Both the position numbers and the translations under genes were made by a program. The notes below the pieces were generated by a model. The model ran no database searches. It was given only the letters and a program-made list of their open reading frames with translations, and was not told the origin of the DNA. Below, one piece after another: positions 53,696 through 64,000 of a stretch of 64,000 bases of DNA (its first letter is position 1; each line of letters opens with the position of its first letter). The stretch is from contig NC_045138.2 in assembly GCF_008831285.2 (NCBI RefSeq), forward strand, positions 40,548,001-40,612,000, given 5' to 3'. Origin of the DNA: Nymphaea colorata. Its lineage: Eukaryota.

Positions 53696-56600
53696 GTTAG
53701 TGTATGCTTGATTTCGGATGACAAGCTAAAATAATTTCAGCCACGTATATTTCATAGAGCACTCAGCATCCAATTCGTCTGGTCGCTTGGTGCTCTTAAT
53801 TTGTTCCATTTGAATGTTCTCTACGTTATATAATTCACCAAGCAAGATAAGAATGTTGTACACTTGCTAGAATTATTTTCTTTTATAAGGATGGAAAAAC
53901 AATAGGTTGGACCAAATTCAGGTACAAATTTGAGGACGGTAGGGAGCCATCTTTCCCCAGGCTTCTTGACAATGGCAATTTCCGTTTCTGGCTTATAGGG
54001 TTAACCATCCACGGAACCTCTTGTGCACATTAACTATCCTTCTCATATGATTACCTTGATTCGTCTGGAGTACTTGTTATGCTACTGAGCTATCCAGAAA
54101 TTTTTGTTTTTGATGGGGTAATTTTATCTAAGCCTGACTTGTGTTTTTTCCTGAAATAATTTTAATGACTTGAAGTTGGAAAGTGCAAGAAAGTCACTTT
54201 TTAGTGCTGGAGCCAGCTCCTCCATGAGTATTCGTTAGGTTGTGTCATAATGGAACATGTAATATCTATATGGTTTGTCTATTATTCTATTGATCTCCTG
54301 GCTCATGTTCGTATCTCATAGTTTGGTAACTTCAAGCACTGAACTCAACTGATGAGATAGCTAATCATATCTACTATTTATACTTAGACCAGCCTACCGG
54401 TTTATTACTTTATTTCAAACATGTTACATGAGGGCATATTCCATCTTCCTGCAAGTTGATATGTTTCTGCATTGTGTCTACTTTGTATTTGACTGTTTTC
54501 TCCAATAGTGATTAACATCGTGAACAGATTTTAACCACAATCTGGGCTTGTCTATGAACACTCAAAGCAATCTACCCATGTTTTCTTCTTCTTTTTGTTC
54601 ATGAAAAACATTATATTTTTGCACTGTCTTATATGATATGATTTAGTTTCCAAAAGACGAAACAATCCTTGGCTTGCTTGGGGCATTGAGTTTTATTTTC
54701 TATTATATGATTGTTATTGTTTTTATTGTTGTTGTGGTGGTGAGGTGTGTGTTTTTCTTGAGCAGTTTATCTATATATTTTAATTTCCTATTCACTAAAG
54801 TGCTTTCAGATGCTTTTTTTTTTTTGTAAATTATTTGTCTTTTCCTGAGAAGCTGTTGCTGCAATAAAGTTATCTTCTGTGCAGCCTCAGGATGGTGCTG
54901 CCTTTAGGATAATTTTTTTCAGCAATTTTAGGGTTTGGACATGATTTAATAAAAAAAAATTGTCACTGTTCTGCATACCTAATGTTGAAAGGGATTGTTC
55001 TAACGAAATGCATATAATGATGTCTCATTATTTTACACTGTAATGCTATTGTGTGTCTTTCAGTTAATGGGGTTCTGTTTCTCTTGACTTCCTTTCCTGG
55101 GCCCAAACGTACATCAATTTGTCTTGTGTATCAGTACAGTTCTTTTTTTTGTGGGAACATGTACATTGTGTTTGTAACTTTGCATGGTACTTTTTGACTC
55201 ATTTAACCAAGTTAATTGCGAAATAGGACTTATAGCCTTTTTTTTGGCTATTGATTTGGGATGGTAGGATTTAAACCTATCGGTAGCAAGAGAAGAACCC
55301 TTTACAGCTTTACTTAGTGCTTGGCCACACTCCATTTATGCTTTTATTCCACACAAAGATGTTAAAACGTGTATAAGGTTTGGGTCATGACGTCTGGATC
55401 TGGATTCAGATTCAGATGTGTCTGGATCTGGATTCAGATTCAGATTCAGATGTCATATTAGGTGTTTCCTTTTTAATGTTATGTTTTCTCATTAATGGCA
55501 TGGCTGTAATATTCTTTGTTTTTAATAGGACTTAGTCCATGGTGTAAAAGATTGATTTTATAATATGATCTTAGGGTTCATCGGACAGTTACTGCTGCTG
55601 CCGTCCCTATCCTTTGACACTTTTCTTCTCTTTATTTCTTGTTTTTCTGTGCATAAGTTTTTGGTGGATGACACAAGAATCTGATATTACAAAATCTTAG
55701 ATGGTATTAGAGCCAGGTTGCAGGGTGTTTACCAGAGTATGCTCAAAGAGATCTAAGTTGTCTTTTTACTCAAGAAATCCCTCTTTTTCTGACGATTATC
55801 TGATCTGTCATCTTCCCTGTCTTCTTATTTCTATTCTTTGTGATCTCTCATCATTCTTTTCTTCCTGTTACTGTTTCTTTTGATATTCCTTTTGATCTAT
55901 GCTCTTATTGATGCTGTATAGTCCTCTCTTTAGTCTGTATTCTCTTCTCTCTGCAAGTGTTTGAGATCTGCCCATAAGCCTGACCATTCTCAGTAGGCCA
56001 ACGTCCCTTTTGCCTAGTCAGTTCCTTATAAATTAGTAACAACAGTATTATACCACTCTTTATCATCACTGGCTGATGATTTCATTCTTCTATCTACTTT
56101 ATAGTTCTCTATTCTCCTCCATATTTGGCATCCAATTTTGTCCATCTGTCAGCCTTGCGTAGGTTACAAAAACAGGTTACCATCTTTTGCGCTTTTCTAG
56201 CAGGCCTCTCACGCCACCACCCCCACCCACCAAAAAAAAAAGGGTGCAGGTTCACAGAAAGCCCTCTTCTCTTTGCCCCCACTTCTAGCAGGTTTATCCC
56301 CTTCAGCAAAAAAAAAAAAAAAAAGCTTTTGCTTTTTGCTTATATTAGCTTACCTTGTTTGAAGGGGGTTGATAGGGGCTCATACTGTTTTAATGCTGAT
56401 TAGAGGTCTCCTTCATATTAGTCTTTCTTTCTTATTTGTTTTTTAATTTTTCTACTCTTGTTTTTGTTCTTCCCTTGTCAATGGATTCCTCTACGCATTT
56501 TGGTCTGTCAGCCAACTTCTTGAATCAACTAGTCACTGACAAGCTCACACATTCTAATTTCTTGACCTGTAAGAGACAAATCCTTCCATTTGTACGGAGT

Positions 56601-58349
56601 CAAGATCTCGATGAGCATCTTGATGGTTCCGCTCCTGCACCACCGAAGGTTATGTACATGAATCTAAGGATGAGAAAGGTGCCACATGTTCCAAGTTCAC
56701 AAAAAATCCAGAATATACATCTTGGAGAAAACGTGACCAATCTTTGGTTGTGCCTACATCACTTCGGCACTATCTCAAGAAGTATTGGTTACTCTTTTAG
56801 ATGATTACACTGCAGCAGAGCTATGGACTCATTTATCTCAGAATTATTCTAGGATATCAGAGGCACAAGTTCTATTTTTGAAGAAAGAATTTCAAAATTT
56901 GAAGAAGGGTTCGATGTCAGTCATGGAGTATATTGGTCACATGAAGGTCATCACTGATCAGTTGGCAGTCATTGGTAGTGCTATTTCAGATAAGGACAAA
57001 GTCCAACAGCTTATAAATGACTTAGGAACTGATTTTGACATGCTTACTATAGCACTGCAGGTCTTCCGCAACTGCCTACTTTTGAAGAACTACATGCAAA
57101 GCTTCTTCATCACGAGAATATCATGAAGCATAGAGCAGAAGAGAAAGATTCAACCGGTTTTCATTCGGTGCTTGCTATAGAGAGGTAGGTAGGTTATGGA
57201 CGAGGGAATGGAGGACATCAAGGAGGCAAGGGGCAGAGGTCTTTTTGGACATGGAGGACGAGACATTTTGCCTACATCCATCATTCCAGGGAGCTCTACT
57301 ACAGAAAATCAAAAGCGAATCCCCACATGCTTCCAATGCAATAAACATGTGAAAGCTGATTGTTGGTTTAACCCACAAAATAAAGGAAAAATGCATAAGC
57401 CTGAAAATAGACCAGCTTACTCTCAGGGAACGAGGATACCACCAGGAGATGTACGTCAGGTCTTATTGTCAATCCTATCATCACAAATGACGTTCAAGTA
57501 GAATGAGCAAGGACATTGGTATGTTGATTCAAGGGCAGCCTCTCATGTGACAGGCTATGCGGGTAAATTATCTAACCTATCCCCTTAGCTTGTGAAAGGT
57601 AGTATAGTTACAGGCGATGGATCTCATCACTCCATCAGTCATATTGGCAATGCACAAAGTCACATGTCAAAATCGTCTCTTCCTTTGTCCAATGTGCTTC
57701 TTGCTCCTAACATTTAAAAGAATATTGTGTCTGTTACTAAACTTGTTGATGATATGCATTCAACCGTCGAATTTACTCCTCATTCTGTCTATGGTAAGGA
57801 TCTTCAAACGAAGGAGATGTTGGCTGAGGAGGAACGACATAGAGACATGTATGTCTTCAAGGAGAACCCAATCACCTCTTCAGTTTCTTTGGTCCTTATT
57901 CTTTAATTGGAGCCATCAAACCTTCTTCAGAGTCGTCAAAGTTTTCCAGTTCAAATTTGTTGAGTGTTTCTAGCTATTGTAATAAGTCAGGACTCTGGCA
58001 CAGTCGTTTGGGTCATTGTAGTAGAAGTTTTGTTGAAAGTCTTGTTTGTATCAATCTTATTCCAGAGTCTAGTTTGTCACCTCCTTCAGAGTCTAAGAAG
58101 TGCTCGAGTTGTAAACTCTATAAGAGTCATGTTCTTCCATTTCATATTATTAATAGAAGAGCTTCGAGGCCTTTTGAAATTGTTTGCTCTGACATTTGGG
58201 GATCCACTCCTATTCCTTCTTTATCTGGAAGCCGATATTATGTCATTTTCGTTGATTCATATTCTCGCTATAGTTGGATATATTTCATGAAACGTAAACA
58301 TGAAGTATTTCAAATATTTTGGAATTTTCATTCTATGGTTAAAACCATT

Positions 58350-58529
58350 TGTTGACGTTGAGGCAGTTTTTTGAATATTAAAGAACCTGACAGTTCTTTA
58401 ATTATTTTCAATAACTTTTTGGGTTACTATATAATTATGTTATGTACTCTAATTCTCCCTTAAGTAAGGGTTAGGGTAAGTGATCAATGGAACTTTTGAC
58501 GTGTTTCTTCTCTTTCTCTCACAACAACG
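58350..58529. mobile_element. Candidate short solo LTR inserted in the copia integrase
   Basis: Begins TGTTG and ends CAACAACG; flanked by CCATT at 58345-58349 and 58530-58534. Non-coding, and interrupts copia homology. Confidence 0.5.
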
Positions 58530-58637
58530 CCATTGACGGGTTAGGGTGTGTATGTTATGTGCATATTGATTCATCTTTGAGAAATAAGTTTCAGGACAAG
58601 GTGGCAAAGTGCAGATTTTTTCCAAACGTATTAGAAC

Positions 58638-58930
58638 CTGTCACATGAGTGCGGGTGCTGGCGCGGCGTATCCCAAAAAATTTGGGTGCGAGGGTGCGGC
58701 GATGGTGTATATATATATCATATTTATTTTATATATATACATGTATGTATTCATAATGTACATAATTTTAGCTTGTTTCTTAGCTTAATCTATCATTCTT
58801 TTTACTTTTATTACTGTACATAAAAAAAGAAAGGGGTAGAGAGAAGAAAGAAAAAGAATAGAAAATATTTTGAACATGCATAAGAAAGGATGCGGTTGGA
58901 GTGCGTGTCAGAGCTGCGCCCGTGTGACAG
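58638..58930. mobile_element. Non-autonomous DNA transposon (8-bp TSD, hAT-like) nested in the copia element
   Basis: Perfect TSD ATTAGAAC (58630-58637 and 58931-58938); TIR CTGTCACA...TGTGACAG. Removing it restores the copia frame SKRIRTSRNVVFDE. Confidence 0.9.
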
Positions 58931-61900
58931 ATTAGAACCTCCAGAAATGTTGTTTTTGATGAATCGGAATTTGGCATGGACGTGTCAAATCAAATGCAAC
59001 CCAGGATAGTGGAGATATATGATCCATAGTTGAGTCATGTCAATCCACCATTCATTCATACTCGAACAGTAGTGAAGGTTTAAGTAACCATCAGACCGAT
59101 GAAGAACATCCTACTAAGCGCTTTTCTAGATAAGTATATATGTCAGAAGAGGCATAGAAAAGGGGTTGAGTAGTCTAGAGGTAACCACTACTAAACATGC
59201 GCGGAGATCGGCTCGTATTCGGCATCCAATTCAACGATGGGTGAGTCATGATACATTTTCTCTTGATTTTCAACTATTTATGTCTCAACTCACAAAACAA
59301 GATGAGCCACTCTCTCTCAATCAAGCTGTCAAATCACGACATTGTATTGAAGCTATGAATGATGGAATGGAAGGTCTTCATGAGTGTCAAACTTGGGATG
59401 TGGTACCACGACCGGAAGGAAGGAATGTTGTTGGTTCCAAGTGGGTTTATTAAAATAAAATATAAACCCGATGGGAGAATTGAAAGATATGAGACACGTT
59501 TCGTTGCTCAGGGTTTCATGCAACAATATGGCGAAAATTATGATGAAACTTTCAGTCTGGTGGTTAAAATGTAGCTCTTGATCGAGGATGGGCACTGAGT
59601 GAGATGGATGTTAAGAATGCATTTTTGCATGGAGATTCGATGATAGAAGTTTATATGGAACAACACCCAGGATGTGTAGAAAAAGATCCTTCCACTTGGG
59701 TGTGCAAATTGAAAAGGTCTTTGTATGGGTTAAACTTTAAAGTAAAGCAAGCATCTCCTTCTTGGTTTGAGAGTTTTTCTTTACATATTCAAGGTTTTGG
59801 TTTTAGAAGATGTTCATTGGATCATTCCTTATCTGTCTACCAAAAGAAAGGTATCACAACTCTTCTCCTCATATATGTGGATGATATTGTTATAACAGAG
59901 AGTTCAAATGAGCTTCTTTCTTGTTTTTCTATGCATAATAAGTCTTCGGTGGATGACACAGTAATCTGATATTACAAAATCATAGAAAATATGCATTAGG
60001 TGTTAGTCAATTTCAGCACATTGTGTATGGAAGAAAAAGTTGTTGCTGAGATTTTACGTGTGTAGATCTGGATTAAAACTAACAAGTATCTGCTCAAATT
60101 AAGATAATTAAGACATTAAGTGAATGTATGACTATGTATAATTCAATTTGACAATTTAAGAATTTTTGGTTGGTTAATTCAAAGGAGGGACCTTTTCCCC
60201 TTCCTCTTTGAAATTTTCCGTTGTATCAAATCAATATTCTATAAAAATGATGTTATTCTGAGAATAAACTATTTGATTATATTTAAGATATTGACACGGT
60301 TTCTATTGTTTTGCATCTGTTTTCCCTTAAATTTCTGATGTTGAGAAACATTTCTTAAGGATGCTTAGCTGTGTAGTTGTATTGTGTTTCTCTTATATAT
60401 TTGCTTGAGTTGTACCATATACTTGTAGCTTACTACCTGTATTTGGTTGCTTTTGGCATTTAGTTTCCTTTTTCCTTGTTTTGGTTTAGTGAAACTTAAA
60501 CTCTTCCTACTTCAGTTTTATACTTTGAGGACCAGAGTCCCTTAACCTTCCATCATGTTAGGTGGTCAAAGCAAGACAGCTGCAGAGGCATTGTAGAAGA
60601 AAATATTGGGAAAGAAAAGGAAATCAACACAACTGAGAGGCTAAATTGCGTTGTCAAGGAAAATGTGCAGGCATGTGATGTTCCATACATTGTGGAACCA
60701 TTGCACTGGGCATTTAGATTTGCTATACTAAGCAAATTTAGCTAGCACCTTATGTTCCTTATATGGAATCTCCTTCCATGGAGCGTGCAGTAGGCAGCTG
60801 AAGGGTTAATTGATTGATCATATGATTAATTAACTCAGGGTCATGGTTGATGTGCATATTTCAATAAAATTATGCAAGTTTTCAAGATTGCTATTTCTAT
60901 GGGTGGTCTTGAAATTTTTAATGATTTTGAGTTTCAAGGCTATATGGAGCCTACAAACGAGCAATAGAATCAAGGCTTCACCCTTTTTGGTTTTTGTTTT
61001 CCATTTGGTTGCTTTTGAAAATAGAAATTTTATCACGTTAAAGTGTTTGAGGTTTAGTTTTTGTATGTCGTACTTTGGCAAGCTACCACCAACACAGAGC
61101 ATTCGTTTAATCAGTTTCACTTAGTTGTTGACTGCTTTGGGTACTATTTTTGAAGATTTCTGTTTTTGAAATTAATCGTCGCAAAACAAGTTTTGAATAG
61201 CCGGTTTTATGTCCTTATTGTATATGCATCAAGGGGAAGTGATTTAGCTGGATATTGGTGTGAGGATACTCCTACAACAGGTGGAAAGTCGAGGCCAGAG
61301 ACTATTTCTGTTAATACTTTATACTGCTAAGCACATTGTAAATGTCTTGTAGGTGTCCATATCACTAAGTATCTCCTAATCCTAATGACTTCTGTGTAGC
61401 TATCCTAGGATCTGATTGTGGTGTTTCGTGTCAGTAATCTTCAATGGAGTGGAGGAAAAGTGGTCTCTGTAGGGGCTTTGGCTACAATGTATTGGCTCAG
61501 TCAAGTAATTCTGAAGAATGTGACCTTGTGGATTTTGTGTATGATTGTTAGGCTGCTAGTTATTGTCTCCGAATCCTAGGGAATTACTTTTCTGGTCTGA
61601 TGGAACTGTAATATGTTTACTTGGGTTTAGATGGCCATATTTTGATCAACATTGCTAGTACGCTAACTTAGTTACATGGTTGGGTTAGTATTGTGGAGAA
61701 AGAGATCGATCATCTTCAAATATTTTGCTGCATTTTCTTTTGGACTACTGATTCATCTCATTTATCTTGCCTTCTATGAGGCATGTGACTGAGTTTTAAA
61801 ATCTTAAAGTGTGTAGTAATAGTATCCTTTCTTTTAGCCGTCCATTATATCATCTGATTATTATTCACGCAAGCCCTAATTATGCATGCTGACATACAAA

Positions 61901-64000
61901 TTGCTCTTCATGCTTTCATCTCCCGGGATTTGTTTAGATGCTTCTGAGAAGTTCATGGTGAGAAAATTTAAGATCTTACTTAGACTTTTGTGCAACCCAG
62001 GTAGTGAATATTGGTTGCCTCTGCTTCCATTGGAAGATCCTTTTCCACCAGAGTAAGTTTATAATGCCTGGGGCTTCTATTACTATTTTCTAACTATTCC
62101 AACTAATATAGGTATCTATGTGTATGCTGGTTGGATTATTGTCTTCTAGTAATACTTCCTCATGGTATTTGTTGATGGTGAAGTACTTTGTAAGCATTCA
62201 GAATCCATAATTTTCGCGTATTTTGTGGGCCCTAACATGTCCAACTATAGTAGATTGAGCTATATCAAAACGGATTCTTGTGGCCTTTAGCTGGTCTTCA
62301 ATTTTGCTTGTATTCAGAGATTGGGCGTTTTGCTTTTGTGGCAGTTCTTGATTGGGTGGTTTCTTTCAGTTATTATTCATAAAATTTCTGTATTTTGGAC
62401 CTGTGTCAGTAGAAACACTAAGGTTTCCATATGTGAAGTTTTGCATGTGAAGTTCATAGTAATCTTGTTTGTGGTACTCTGATTGTTCAGTTACTTCTAT
62501 GAGGTATTATTCCTCTTCTGTTGCTATGAGATGGTGGCACTGTCTATCCCATGTTCTTCATAGTGGGTACATGGGCAGCAGTAGATATCTGGTGCACTAT
62601 GTGTCAGTGTTACAAGCCAGCACTTCCTGCAACGTTTGCATTTTAGGTGTTCTATCTTTATTGTTACCAGTACGCATTCTTTGTAGTCTGCATGCAACTT
62701 CCCAATCCCATAACTTTTGTTCTATTTCTAATGTGTGTGAACTATGAGATGGACAATTGTTCCCTGCAAGCGGAAGCTGACTAGAGATATGTAGCAGGGC
62801 TATAGTATAAGACATATTCTGAAGGGTACTTCTAGGCAAAGTATATGGGAGTCAGGACTCAGGAGTGATTTGTGTGTCTTTATGGTCCATAGCAGACATA
62901 GCAGATCACTGAACCTTCTTTCTGTCTTGGTCGTCCTGTTTTCCTTAGATTTTGCTGCTTAAGCATCATTTACAGTTATTGAGTCATCATGGATGAATTC
63001 AGAGGGAATTATTGAGCAACAAAAGTCTATTGTCCATGCTGAGACAGGCATGAAAATGTGAATTTAGAAGTTGCACCAATTATTTCTTTGTGTGGTTTTG
63101 TTTTATATCCAAATGCCTTCTGATAGTTTCTTTAGTGTTATGCTCCGTGGGATTAAAAAAGAAAAGAAATTTTGGTGAAAGTATATGGTCTTGTTACTGT
63201 TAAGTAATTTTCTAAAGTTAATCTGAGTGAAGTGCTGAAGTTGCTTTAAGCAGTAAAAAGATTACCATGTAGCATGTACTTTAAGCATGAACTATATTCT
63301 TGACTTGTGTTTGTGGGTTGTGGTTGATCTTGTAGGTGCCGTATTGTGAAAATTCCTGCATAATTTGCATGTACAGGTTGTTTAATCTTATCTGATACCT
63401 AGTTTAGGTGTCTAATAAGTTGTTTTTACCTTAATATTGGATATGCAAATTTTGCTGTTCAGTGGATGTTTAAAGTGGTTGCAAGCTTTTGGGTGTTTTT
63501 CCCATCCTGTTCAATGGAAATTTCTAGTTTTCTTAGGCAGATAAAGCAACCACTCCTTTCATTTTCTTCTTTGTCGAATTCTTGAGTTCCTTCAACTGTT
63601 TCATTTTTTTTTCTGCTGATGGACGAGAAGAGTATTTATCTTAGCCTGAAAGTGGATGCCAAAAAGTTTAGGCACCTTTCTTGCAATAACTACTCAAGAA
63701 GTTCACAAGTGCATTCCATGGTGGAATATGTTTCTTTGAATGTTCAAATTCAATAGAGATTTATCCCATGCTACTTATTCATCACCCATTATTGTGCTGT
63801 ACTTGGGAGCTGACTTTGCTGACTTGCTTTTCTTTAATAGTTCATTCAGATGTGATCTTTCATGTTTAGTCGATGATTGATACTAGAAGACTAGAGATCC
63901 CAAACCTAACAGCATAAGCCATAACAACTTTAGACCATGTGACAAACACAGATACATTGACAGAAATGCACTGACATGTTCCTTGACAGCTTATTTTCTT

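Larger units (their letters stand above)
55635..59986 (+). mobile_element. Degenerate Ty1/copia (RE1/RE2-like) LTR retrotransposon in hexokinase intron 3
   Basis: PBS-like TGGTATTAGAGC at 55702-55713. Gag from 56481 (KLTHSNFLT, FQNLKKGSMSVMEY), zinc-knuckle remnant CFQCNKHVKADC, protease WYVDSRAASHVT, GAG-pre-integrase LWHSRLGH, integrase SDIWG..YYVIFVDSYSRYSWIY, RT VVGSKWVY, MDVKNAFLHG and LIYVDDIVIT. Many stops and frameshifts. Direct repeats at 55635-55701 and 59917-59986; the true 5' boundary may lie 100-130 bp further left. Confidence 0.92.

Noticed and set aside
53783..53793. TCGCTTGGTGC equals the first 11 nt of miR168
   Set aside because: The match stops there and no hairpin partner was seen.

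Overview
Eukaryotic (flowering plant) genomic DNA with spliced genes. Four complete genes could be reconstructed from splice sites: a THUMP-domain gene (minus, 7097-2026), a KOBITO1-like glycosyltransferase-family gene (plus, 9625-16514, divergent from THUMP), an intronless-CDS P-class PPR gene (minus, 25993-23837) and ubiquitin-specific protease UBP24 (plus, 31451-36737). The first three exons of a membrane-anchored hexokinase (plus, from 52392) are also present. Its intron 3 runs past the window end and holds a degenerate Ty1/copia element with nested insertions. Intergenic DNA carries hAT- and Tourist-type MITEs, a tRNA-derived SINE with a 14-bp TSD, a LINE scrap, minisatellites and two strong foldbacks. 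The best second-look items are a Cys/His-containing upstream ORF whose stop overlaps the UBP24 start (ATGA), a miRNA-like foldback near 19.8 kb, a copia element whose repeats both end in GA, and a likely multi-intron 3' UTR on the PPR gene. All calls come from reading the sequence by eye; no searches were run.
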